Shown here: in pieces, positions 12,369 to 23,923 of the stretch | Layout of the letters: the number at the start of each line of letters is the position of its first letter | Numbering within the stretch: the first letter of the stretch is position 1 | Assembly (NCBI RefSeq): GCF_030144855.1 | Contig: NC_082718.1 | Span: forward strand, 92,814,001 to 92,878,000 | Direction: 5' to 3' | DNA: 64,000 bases | Origin: Hypanus sabinus | Taxonomy: Eukaryota | The notes under the pieces: generated by a model | Databases searched by the model: none | What the model was told of the DNA's origin: nothing | The model's input: only the letters and a program-made list of their open reading frames with translations | Position numbers and translations under genes: made by a program

Positions 12369-13406
12369 ATGGCCAACGAGACTTCATCAGTGAAGGACAT
12401 TTATTCAGCCTACAATCCGCCGATACTTATTTTAACATTTATCTTTGGATTCATTGGAAATGTGATTGCCTTGTGGATCTTCTGTTTTCATGTTAGATCC
12501 TGGAGACCAAACACCGTCTATTCTCTGAGCCTGGCGATTGCCGACACTCTGCTAATCTGCTGCCTGCCATTTCGAGCCGATTACTACATACGCGGGAAGA
12601 AGTGGATATTTGGTGATGTTGCGTGCCGTCTGAAGATATTCCTGATATTTCTGAACCGGACAGAGAGCGTTGTTTTCCTTACAGTTATGGCACTTGATCG
12701 CTATTTCAAAGTGATCCATCCTCACCATAAAGTGAACAAGATCTCTACAAGGACTGCAGTGAAGGTATCAATTGTTCTCTGGCTTCTAACAATATTGATG
12801 TGTGTTCACATTCTGGTAGAACCTCGTACCTTCATACATAACAACGTAACTAACTGTGAGCCATTTAACAGAATAGATCCTCTCAGCGCCACAGCATTTT
12901 GGACTAATATTATTTTCATTGTTTTCAAGTTTATTTTACCGGCTTCAGTGATCCTGTTCTCCACGTGCTCTATTACCTGGAGGCTAAAGCAGATGAAATC
13001 TGAAATGAGGGTTAAATATGAACGAGCGATGAAGCTCGTGGTAGCTGTGGCGGCAGTGTTCCTCATCTGCTTCCTACCCACCAATATCGCTGTAATCGCC
13101 GTTTTAATTTCAAGCTCTTTAAATGACATCAAATTATTTGACGTCTGTGTTCAGATGTTCTACAATACGCTGTGCATAACCTATTTGAACAGTGTGCTGG
13201 ACCCAGTTATTTACTACTTCTCAAGTTCAACGTTTAAAGAAACTTTGAACCAAGCTCTTATTTCTCGCAATAGCAGATTATTCAGACCAGGAAGAAAGCA
13301 TTCGCTGTATCCAGCGCAAGAAATGCAACAAGACGTAGAACCGCAAAGATCTTCAGTGTGCAACACTTTTGATCACTTACGAACGGAATTATCGGAGAAT
13401 TTGTGA
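12369..13406 (+). CDS. HCAR2-like: Hydroxycarboxylic acid receptor-like GPCR, gene 1 (345 aa)
   Basis: Seven TM segments; GNVIALWIFCFH, LAIAD..CLPF, WIFGD.ACRL, NR (R3.36), DRYFKVIHPHH..NKIS, CFLP and TYLNSVLDPVIYYFSS match human HCAR2/HCAR1 signatures; one-to-one orthology not resolvable by eye. Confidence 0.92.
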   Translation: MANETSSVKDIYSAYNPPILILTFIFGFIGNVIALWIFCFHVRSWRPNTVYSLSLAIADTLLICCLPFRADYYIRGKKWIFGDVACRLKIFLIFLNRTESVVFLTVMALDRYFKVIHPHHKVNKISTRTAVKVSIVLWLLTILMCVHILVEPRTFIHNNVTNCEPFNRIDPLSATAFWTNIIFIVFKFILPASVILFSTCSITWRLKQMKSEMRVKYERAMKLVVAVAAVFLICFLPTNIAVIAVLISSSLNDIKLFDVCVQMFYNTLCITYLNSVLDPVIYYFSSSTFKETLNQALISRNSRLFRPGRKHSLYPAQEMQQDVEPQRSSVCNTFDHLRTELSENL

Positions 13407-13638
13407 AGCTCTGCCATTTATCTCAACCTTTATCTCGCTTTAAACCTTTAAACCTCGCTTTATCTCAACCTGCTCTTGGAAGGACTGCCACACTTGAAAT
13501 ACTTTTTTTTAAAAGTCATGAGGTCTAACTTTAGAACGATTGCGCTGAAATCATTGAACCACATTTTAAAATGCAAAAGACTGCTACCAAAAAATTAAAC
13601 TTAAGATTCGCACATTGAAAACAACTGGTATCGGCGGT

Positions 13639-13644
13639 AATAAA
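13639..13644 (+). terminator. Candidate polyadenylation signal of gene 1
   Basis: AATAAA ~230 bp after the stop; retained at 23295-23300 after gene 2 in otherwise diverged flank. Confidence 0.45.
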
Positions 13645-13819
13645 TTGGACTTCTTTCATGTGTGTGCGCGTCAGTAGTCATTCACAGGAAGTCACAGTCG
13701 AGAAAATCTGCAGTTGCTGGAAATCCGAACAACGCAGACAAAATGTACTTTTTTCAATAGATCCACCAAGCCTGCTGAGTTCCTGAGTGCGTGCTATTCA
13801 CAGGAAGTCACCACGATGG

Positions 13820-16800
13820 CTTATTAAAGAGGGTTATGCTGGACAAATAGTGTTTAAATAATCAAACAGAAATAATTATATATTTCCCAACTGCCTCTTG
13901 AAGCAATCAGAAAAAATGAAGAACTAGTTATAGTAGAGGACCAATGTAATTTACAACAGGAAAGAGGTGCTACAAAAACTGATAAAAATCTAGTGAAAAG
14001 CTTTTCCTGTTCGGTTTGCTCAAAGTTAGTTTTATTGAAATTGCATAATTACTTATAATGAGAACATAAATCTTTCAAGCTGTCCAGATAAACATCAGTT
14101 TCACCTTAGATAAGTGGTTGATTTATACATGACTTTGACATCCTTTATTTTTAGTTTTGCATGTTTACTGATCTGTAAGATCTCCATTCTCGCAATCGCT
14201 AAATTTCTACTGCAGTTTTGAAGCAGGAACGAATAAGTACACTGGTTTAGTTCAGCATGGCTATAAATGCTATTTATACAACCAGTGAAAATAGAAAATA
14301 ATTATGATAAAAGTTCTTTGTTTAATTCTACAGCAAATTATGGAAGTTCTGTGGAATGATTAACATTTTGCATCTATGAAATTGCTTGGCCTAACTTCTA
14401 AAATTCTAGCTGACAGCAATCTATATGTTAAATTTTTAATTGATAACTTTATATTATTCAGTTTACTTATATCTTTAATTGAAATGATCTGAAGCTGTGG
14501 TTAATATTTTTTTGTGAATATTAAAGCAACATAAAGTTTGAGTATGTTGGACTGTCTGTGTGTTCCTGTCAAGAAAACCTTCATATTTCCATTCATCATT
14601 TGCAACACTGCCAGAAGCCTAAAGAGTCTTGCAGGCATACATGGTCAAGACCACAATCTGAGATCTGCTTGGACTCTCAATAAAAATAGAAACCAAGAGG
14701 ACCTCCGAACACAGTGATTAAAGATATGTTTACGGTGGCACCAGCCACTTATTCCTCACCCTCGCATGTGGCTTAATAAGGGACAGACAGTATAACAATG
14801 AAACACAGAATGCAGTCACCTCATTCAGCTTCCAATAGCAACTGCTTTAAAGTTCCTGCTTTATCATATGTTTGTCTTTGCAAACAACAGTGGAGTAGGT
14901 TTCAAGGTACCCTAACCCAATTTTTACAAACTTTTGCAAGGTATCTAAGTCAACGTTAGTTTTATATGTAGAAACACACCAATAGGAAGTGACATCAAGG
15001 TAAATGTGCAGACATTAAGTTGTAACACAAGTGCTGCCAATTGTGAAAGTGTTACAACAGTGCTGTCTTAATGCAAATTCCAGCATCCACAATTAGGGAT
15101 GATATTTCCAAGAATGTAACAAGATCATAGGAGGTTGGAGCAGAAATTGGCTGCCCAGAGCCTTGCCTTTCCTTCTTTGCTCCACTGATGCTGCCTGACC
15201 CACTCTTTTACTCCAACAATTTGTTTTATATTCAGCTCCTTGTGCCCACTTCACCATAATCAATATCATTTTTATTTTCAATCTTCTTGCATTAGTTCCA
15301 TATGCTTTTACTCCCATTATATTTAGTAGTCCCTGATATAAATTTAATCAGACTAAATGAGCCACCACAGCCTCTTGGCAACTGAATTGCTAATATTCTC
15401 TCTTCTCTGTTGATGCTGCCTTGCCGCTGTTCGTGTATGCAATGGGGAAGGAGGGCTCTGGAGTTTTCATGGTTTTTCTGTCATTCATTCTTTGGGGATT
15501 TCTTCTGTTTCGAGGATGTCTGCAAAGAGTACAAATTTCAGGACGTATACTGTATACATTCCTTGATAATAAATGGAACCGTTGAAACATTCTCAGCTTC
15601 AAATTGCCTGGCTGTTAATCTGAGACTGTGATCCTTGGTTTTAGACACATACTCTTCAGGTGTATTCCCAACAGCCAATCTGTTCAGCCCATAAGAATGT
15701 TGTAAGTTTCAATGAAATCACCTCTTACTCTTCCAAATTCTAAAGATTGTTGGTTCACTTGACTTGTGCAGCAAACCCACCAACCCAGTTAACTGTTTTT
15801 GATTCTTGTGGTCCTGACATGGATCCTACCTAGTCTTGTCTGTGATGGGAGTGTACATCTGCCCTCAATAATGGTAGGCTCGTGCCGATGATGCACTGGG
15901 CAGATTTGACTACCTTCCTGCCCTCTGGAGTGCAGGTTACCATACCATGTCATGATAGGATGCTCTCTATTGCACATCTGTGGAATGACGCGAGCATCAA
16001 CATGCATGCTCCATCTCTTTTCAGCATCTTCAGAAAGTAAAGGTGTTGGTGAGCTCTCCTGATTATGTGGAACGTGTTCTGAGACCATGAGGTGTTGTGC
16101 AAGATGGGGACTCCCAGGAGTTTGAAGTGGCTCAAAATTTCCACTGCTGTGCTGCAGTTGTATGTGCATGTAACATTTTAAAGTAAAGTTTAACACAATT
16201 GAGAGAAACTCAGGTATGAAGCCCGATTTATTGCCAGTCCATAAATTAGGGCAAGTGCTTGTGAGGTGGGTGGGATGGATCTTCTGGCTGCTGGAATCTT
16301 CTGGGAACCCAGTTTGCAACTGCATTGTCAACTTGTGCACTGCGTGGGTTAAGTACATTTAACAGGAATGGAGTCCTGCATACCATGGAGACGATCTGTG
16401 TGTAAAACAGCAATTTTTTTCCAGATTTAGACATGTGCATATTGGAGATTCAAGATATCTGAAAACACTTTATTCACAGAATATATCTTGCTGTCCCCAT
16501 TGATCATTTTCAGAAGTAAACTGGAGATATACTTAAAAAGGAGAAACCTGACATGTTTATGGTAAAAGGAAGTGTCAGTTATTGGAAATCTGTTAGAAGG
16601 GCTAGTATTTGCATGATGGGTTGACTGGCCTTCTCATGGTGCACGATTCTAAGAAAGTGCAATGTGCTTAAAACAGATTACCCAATATGCTCTGTTTCCC
16701 TTCCACATTCCAAAGATTTATGGATTAATTGTCACAGATTAAGAAAGTTGAATTCCTGCCTGCACAGATATTTGCATTTGTAAATTGTAGGAAGCTGAAG

Positions 16801-17656
16801 TTCAATGTAGATATCATTTATTGCACTTGGCATCCCACTGAAGCCAGCAACTACTAAAAGTAAATCTCTCACTCAGCTGAGTTCCAAAACTGGAATGGGT
16901 TAAAATGTTATAGTGGGCATCCTTCAATTCTTCAGCAGCTGCACTACTTCCCGACAGGTGTTACATGGTGACCCTCCAGCAATCTGACAATGATGATCAT
17001 CATCACCATGGAGAAAGTAGCACAGGCAAAGCTCAGAAGTTCAAAGTAGATTTATTATCAAAGTACATATATGTCACCATATACAATCCTGAGATTCATT
17101 TTCTTGCAGGCGTACACAATAAATCCAGAATAGAGTAATAACCATAATAGAATCAATGAATCAACTTCAACCAGTTTAGCCAATGTGCAAAAGACAAAAA
17201 ACTGTGCAAATACAGAAAGAAAGAAATAATAATAATAAACGAGTAAGCAACAAGTGGAAAGAACATGAGATGAAGAGTCCTTGAAAGTGAGTCCATAGGT
17301 TATGGGAATATTTCATGATGGGTCTGGTGAAATTGTGTGAAGTTATTCCATTTGGTTCAAGAGCCTGATGGTTGAGGGGTAGTAATTATTTGTTAACCTG
17401 CTGGGATGAGTGCTGAGGCTCCTGCAGCTTCTTTCTGATGGCAACAGTGAGAAAAGAGCATGTCTTGAGTGGTGGGTGTCCCTGATGGTGGATGCTGCTT
17501 TCCTGAGACAATGCTCCATGTAGATGAGCTCAATGGTGGGGTGGGCTTTATCTGTGACGGACTGGCCTGTATCCATTACCTTTTCCAGGGTTGTCCATTC
17601 AAGCCGAGCAAAGGAGTCTGTCATCAAATCAAAGCTTTCGAGCACATCATTCTTAT
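13820..17656 (+). repeat. Old segmental duplication: spacer after gene 1, homologous to ~26340-30210; 16.1-17.65 kb also homologous to the 6.6-kb unit spacer
   Basis: Colinear shared blocks, e.g. aggaccaatgtaatttacaacaggaaag and aatattaaagcaacataaagtttgag; paralogous ORF pairs 15390/28003 and 15950/28944. Confidence 0.9.
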
Positions 17657-20600
17657 TTAGAAGGAATAATAGAAGAACAGATTATTATATAAATGATGAA
17701 ACATTGTAGCATGCTGTTGTGCAGAGGGACTTGGGAGTGCTTGTGCATGAATCGCAAAAAGTTGGCTTGCAGGTACAACAGGTTATTAAGAAGGGAAACG
17801 GAATGCTGGCCTTCCTTGCTAGAGGGATTGAATTTAAGAGCAGGGAGATCATGCTGCAACTATACAGGGTACTGGTGAGGCCGCACCTGGAGTACTGTGT
17901 GCAGTTCTCGTCTCCATAGTTGAGGAAGGATATACTGGCTTTGGAGGCGATGTAGAGGAGGTTCACCAGGTTGATTCCAGGGATGAAGGGGTTAACCTAT
18001 GAGGAGAGATTGAGTCATCTGGAACTATACTCTCTGGAGTTCAGAAGAATGAGAGGGGATCTTATAGAAACATACAAAATTTTGAAAGGGATAGATGAGA
18101 TAGAAGTAGAAAAGTTGTTCCCATTGGTAGGTGAGACTAGAACTAGGGGACATTGCCTCAAGATTCAGGGGAGAAGATGTAGGACCATGGGCAATAGACA
18201 ATAGACAGTAGGTGCAGGAGTAGGCCATTCAGCCCTTCTAGCCAGCACTGCCATTCAATGTGATCATGGCTGATCATAGACAATTATTACCCCATTCCTG
18301 CCATCTCCCCATATCACTTGACCCCGCTATCTATAAGAGCTCTATCTAACTCTCTCTTGAAAGCATCCAGAGACTTGGCCTCCACTGCCTTCTGGGGCAG
18401 AGCATTCCACATATCCACCACTCTCTGGGTGAAAAAGTTTTTCAGCACCTCTGTTCTAAACGGCCTACCCCTTATTCTTAAACTGTGGCTTCTAGTTCTG
18501 GACTCACCCATCAGCGGAACATGCTTCCTGTCTCCAGTGTGTCCAATCCCTTAAAAATCTTATATGCTTCAATCAGATCCCCTCTCATCCTTACAAATTC
18601 CAGTGTATACAAGCCCAGTCACTCCAATCTTTCAACATATGACAGTCCCGCCATTCCGGGAATTAACCTTGTGAACCTACTCTGCACTCCCTCAATAGCA
18701 GGAATGTCCTTCCTCAAATTTGGAGACCAAAACTGCACACAATAATCTAGGTGGGGTCTCACCAGGGCCCTGTACAGCTGCAGAAGGACCTCTTTAATCC
18801 TATACTCAATTCCTCTTGTTATAAAGGCCAGCATTAGCTTTCTTCACTGCCTGCTGTATGTGCATGCTTGCTTTCATTGACTGATGTACAAGAACATCTA
18901 GATCTTGTTGTACTTCCCCTTTTCCTATCTTGACGCCATTTAGATAGTAATCTGCCTTCCTGTTCTTGCCACCAAAGTGGATAACCTCACATTTATCCAC
19001 ATTAAACTGCATCTGCCATACATTTGCCCACTCACCCAACCTGTCCAAGTCACCCTGCATTCTCATAACATCCTCCTGACATTTCACACTGCCACCCAGC
19101 TTTGTGTCATCAGCAAATTTGCTAATGTTACTTTAATCCGTTCATCTAAATCATTAATGTATATTGTAAACAGCTGTGGTCTCAGCTATGAACTTTATGG
19201 TACCCCACTGGTCACAGCCTGCCATTCCGAAAGGGACCCATTAATCACTACTCTTTGTTTCCTGTCAGCCAGCCAATTTTCAATCCATTCAGTACTCTGC
19301 CCCTAATACCATATGCCCTAATTTTGCCCACTAGTCTCCTATGTGGGACTTTATCAAAAGCTTTCTGAAAGTCCAGGTACACTATATCCACTGGCTCTCC
19401 CTTGTCCATTTTCATAGATACATCCTCAAAAAACTCCAGAAGATTAGTCAAGCATAATTTTCCCTTTGTAAATCCACGCTGACTCGGACTGATCCTTTTA
19501 CTGCTATCCAAATGTGACGTAATTTCCTCTTTTATAATTGACTCCAACATCTTTCCCACCACTGACGTCAGGCTATAATTCCCTGTTTTCTCACTCCCTC
19601 CTTTCTTGAAAAGTGGGACAATATTAGCCACCCTCCAATCCACAGGAGCTGATCCTGAATCTATAGAACATTGGAAAATGATTACCGATGCGTCCACGAT
19701 TTCTAGAGCCACCTCCTTAAGTAGCCTGGGATGCTGCCCATGAGGTCCCGGGGACTTATCAGCCTTCAGACTCAACAGTCTATCCAACACCATTTCTTGC
19801 CTAATATAAATTTCCTTCAGTTTATCCATTACCCTAGTTTCTTTGGCCACTATTACATCTGGGAGATTGTTTGTGTCTTCCCTAGTGAAGACAGATCCAA
19901 AGTACCTGTTCAACTGATCTGCCATTTCCTTGTTCCCCATAATAAATTCACCCATTTCTGTCTTCAATTGTCCAATTTTGATCTTAACTATTTTTTTTGC
20001 TTTTCACATACCTAAAGAAGCTTTTACTATCCTCCTTTATATTCTTGGCTAGTTTGCCTTTGTACCTCATTTTTTCTTTGCGTATTGCCTTTTTTGTTAT
20101 CTTCTGTTGCTCCTTAAAAGTTTTCCAGTCCTCCTGCTTCCCACTCATCTTTGCTATGTTATACTTCTTCTCTTTTATTTTTATACTGTCCTTTACTTCC
20201 CTCGTCAGCCATGGCTGCCCCTTACTTCCCTTAGGATCTTTCTTCCTCTTTGGAATGAACTGACCCTGCACCTTCTGCATTATTCCCAGAAATACCTGCC
20301 ATTGTTGTTCCACTGCCTTCCCTGCTAGGGTATTGTTCCATTGAACTTTGGCCAGCTCCTCCCTCATAGCTCCATAGTTCCCTTTGTTCAACTGTAATAC
20401 TGACTCATTCGATTTTCCCTTCTCCTTCTCAAATTGTAGGTTAAAACATATATTATGGTCACTACCTCCTAATGGCTCCTTTACCTCGAGGTCCCTGATC
20501 AAATCCAGTTTATTGCACAACACTAAATCTAGCATTGCTTTCTCCCTGGTAGGCTCCAGTACAAGCTGTTCTAAGAATCCATCTCGGAGGCACTCCACAA

Positions 20601-21167
20601 ACTCCCTTTCTTGGGGTCCAGTACCATCCTGATTCTCCCAGTCTACCTGCATGTTGAAATCCCCCATAACCCCCATAACAACTGTATCATTACCTTTGAG
20701 ACATGCCAATTTTAACTCTTCATTCAACTTACACCCTACATCCAGACTACTGTTTGGGGGCCTGTAGATAACTCCCATTAGGGTCTTTCTACCCTTAGAA
20801 TTTCTCAGTTCTACCCATACTGACTCTACATCCCCTGATTCTATGACCCCCCTCGCAAGGGGCTGAATATCATTCCTCACTAACAGAGCCACCCCACCCC
20901 CAGAGATGTGGAGAAACTGTTTTTCCCAGAGAGTGGTGAATCTGTGAAATTCTCTGCCCAGGGAAGCAGTTGAGGCTTCTTCACTAAATATACAAAGTAT
21001 TTAAGAAACAGATAGGTTTTTACATAGTAAGGGAATTATGGGTTATGGGGATAAGGCAGGTAGATGCAGTTGAGTTTATGGGCAGATCCTCCATGATGTT
21101 ATTGAATGGCAGGGCAGGCTCGATGGGCCAGATGGGCGACTCCTGCTCCTATTTCTTATGTTCTTAT
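17657..21167 (+). mobile_element. CR1 3' fragment (17657-18185 and 20901-21167) hosting a nested CR1
   Basis: LQLYRVLVRPHLEYCVQF and RRMRGDLIETYKI; breaks at aggac and resumes at cagagatg; flanked by ttcttat; absent from the paralogous spacers. Confidence 0.9.
18186..20900 (-). mobile_element. 5'-truncated CR1 LINE ORF2 (endonuclease and RT), disrupted
   Basis: ORFs 19984-20892 (YRPPNS, MGDFN, SDHN) and 19248-19967 (YLDFQKAFDKVPH); (TCTATTG)n tail. Confidence 0.95.
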
Positions 21168-22001
21168 ACATGAGCTGCTGAGTAAGGGCCATAAATAACC
21201 AAAGTTTTGGGTAAAGTGGTGGGACAAAATGAATAAATAAAAGAAATTCCATGCTGTTGTTCTGGATAGCACACTAGTAATAACCAAGTGTTTAGCTGTT
21301 AAAATACTTTACATTTATTTTGGAATAATGTGGCAGGTTTTTGAAGTGCCTCCTGTAGGTTGTCCATGTCTCCAAGACAAACAGGCAGGTGGGAATCATG
21401 GTAAACTCGAGCATGGTGATAAGAATGAGGGCTTGCCTTCAAATAATCCTCTCTCTGTGGACCAAGGAATGAGTGAGCACATTAAAAGTGTTGGCGGATT
21501 TTGCTGATTTGCTAAAGGCTTAAATGAATGTACAAGAAGTAATCAGAGGAATGTCACAATGTCACTCTTTTTTTGCCAAGGAAATTGAACACAACTGTTG
21601 GAAGATCATGCTCCATTGCTATGGGCAGTTGTTGAGATCATATCTGGTGGGTGGAGCACAATGACAATCTTCTTATTTAGAAGTGTTGGAAGTGTTTCTG
21701 AGAGAGTATATTGGACTAAAACTTGAAATGCAATGTTCATCTTATAAGGCACACACTCAATGATCCAGGAACAGTATAGAAACTGCCAAAAGAAAAAGTA
21801 AGCTACAAAGTGCAAGATCATGGCAATTCTATGCTGACTACTGGACATAATTACACCTCCTTTTTAGGACTGCGGCTTTGGTATTGAACCTCCCAACGTG
21901 ACGCAATAGAGAAAAATAACATACTACAAAAGCTAATGCTTTCAAGATTTTTATTCTCATTCCGTTTGCAAATTAAATAGTTTACAGCAATTCCCTGCAC
22001 A

Positions 22002-23039
22002 ATGGCCAACGAGACTTCATTAGTGAAGGACATTTATTCAGCCTACAATCCGCCGATACTTATTTTAACATTTATCTTTGGATTCATTGGAAATGTGATT
22101 GCCTTGTGGATCTTCTGTTTTCACGTTAAATCCTGGAGACCAAACACCGTCTATTCTCTGAGCCTGGCGATTGCCGACACTCTGCTAATCTGCTGCCTGC
22201 CATTTCGAGCCGATTACTACATACGCGGGAAGAAGTGGATATTTGGTGATGTTGCGTGCCGTCTGAAGATATTCCTGATATTTCTGAACCGGACAGAGAG
22301 CGTTGTTTTCCTTACAGTTATGGCACTTAATCGCTATTTCAAAGTGATCCATCCTCACCATAAAGTGAACAAGATCTCTACAAAGACTGCAGTGAAGCTA
22401 TCAATCGTTCTCTGGCTTCTAACAATGTCAATTTGTGTTCACATTCTGACAGAAAGTCATACCTTCATACATAACAACGTAACTAACTGTGAGCCATTTA
22501 GCAGAATATATCCTCTCAGCGCCACAGCATTTTGGACTAATATTATTTTCATTGTTTTCAAGTTTATTTTACCGGCTTCAGTGATCCTGTTCTCCACGTG
22601 CTCTATTACCTGGAGGCTAAAGCAGATGAAATCTGAAATGAGGGTTAAATACGAACGAGCGATGAGGCTTGTGATAGCTGTGGCGGCAGTGTTCCTCATC
22701 TGCTTCCTACCCACCGATACTGCTGTAACCGCTGTTTTAATCTCAGGATATTTAAAGAACAGCAAATTATTTGACGTCTGTGTTCAGATGTTCTACAATA
22801 CGCTGTGCATAACCTATTTGAACAGTGTGCTGGACCCAGTTATTTACTACTTCTCAAGTTCAACGTTTAAAGAAACTTTGAACCAAGCTCTTATTTCTCG
22901 CAATAGCAGATTATTCAGACCAGGAAGAAAGCATTCGCTGTATCCAGCGCAAGAAATGCAACAAGGCGTAGAACCGCAAAGATCTTCAGTGTGCAACACT
23001 TTTGATCACTTACGAACGGAATTATCGGAGAATTTGTGA
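22002..23039 (+). CDS. HCAR2-like: Hydroxycarboxylic acid receptor-like GPCR, gene 2 (345 aa, NRY in place of DRY)
   Basis: Intact ORF colinear with gene 1; same HCAR signatures. Confidence 0.9.
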   Translation: MANETSLVKDIYSAYNPPILILTFIFGFIGNVIALWIFCFHVKSWRPNTVYSLSLAIADTLLICCLPFRADYYIRGKKWIFGDVACRLKIFLIFLNRTESVVFLTVMALNRYFKVIHPHHKVNKISTKTAVKLSIVLWLLTMSICVHILTESHTFIHNNVTNCEPFSRIYPLSATAFWTNIIFIVFKFILPASVILFSTCSITWRLKQMKSEMRVKYERAMRLVIAVAAVFLICFLPTDTAVTAVLISGYLKNSKLFDVCVQMFYNTLCITYLNSVLDPVIYYFSSSTFKETLNQALISRNSRLFRPGRKHSLYPAQEMQQGVEPQRSSVCNTFDHLRTELSENL

Positions 23040-23359
23040 AGCTCTGCCATTTATCTCAACCTTTATCTCGCTTTAAACCTTTAAACCTCGCTTTATCTCA
23101 ACCTGCTCTTGGAAGCACTGCCACACTTGAAATACTTTTTTTTAAAAGTCATGAGGTCTAACTTTAGAACGATTGCGCTGAGATCATCCGAGATAAGCAA
23201 GAGATGACTCATTGAACCGCATTTCAAAATGCAGAAACTACTATCAAAAATTGAATTTAAGATTCGCTCATTGAAAACAACCGATGTCCGCAATAATAAA
23301 ACGGACTCTCTTAATGTGTGAGAGCATCAGTAGTTATTCACTGGAAGCCACAATCAAGA

Positions 23360-23510
23360 GAAAATCTGCAGATTTTGGAAATCCGAGCAACACATACAAA
23401 ATGTTGGTGGAATTCAGCAGGCCAAGTTTCGGCCCGGAACGTCGACTATTTACTTCTTTTCCGTAGATGCTGCCTGGCCTGCTGAATTCCTGAAGCATTA
23501 TGTGTGTCAT
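23360..23510. repeat. Penelope-derived inverted repeat
   Basis: ggaattcagcaggcca ... tggcctgctgaattcc arms around a cggcccggaacgtcgac core; a deleted counterpart lies at ~13700-13795. Confidence 0.65.
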
Positions 23511-23706
23511 TCACAGGAAATCACCGGGATGGCTTCACACTTTGCCACCAAAGGTGGTAAAATGTACCTCCTGCACCCAGCTGCTGTGCCTCGTACAGTA
23601 AGTCACATAGCAACTTCCAGCCCGTAACTGTGGCCGCCGTTCCCGCGTTTATTGTGAACCGTCGCTCGTTCCTGAGAGGACCTCCGCTCTCGCACCCCTT
23701 GACTTC

Positions 23707-23923
23707 TGTGGTGAACTACATATACCTGTCTGGACATGCCCCCTGCTGACTGTTCCTGTGGCTCCTCCCACAGACCCCTGTATAAAGGCGATCAAGGCCT
23801 GAGCCCGGCCTCTCAGTCTCCAGGATGTAGTATGGTGGTCACTCACTGCTGGTTCCTTCTTCCAATCAATAAAAGCCGATATCTCGCCTTTACGTCCTAG
23901 AGTGAGTTATTGATGGTGCATCA
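23707..23923 (+). mobile_element. Solo LTR (217 bp)
   Basis: TG...CA termini, TATAAA at 23781, AATAAA at ~23868, flanked by acttc/gcttc. Confidence 0.75.

Noticed and set aside
12806-13132. Antisense ORFs inside every GPCR gene
   Set aside because: Shadow frames of hydrophobic TM codons, variable in length, no independent signal
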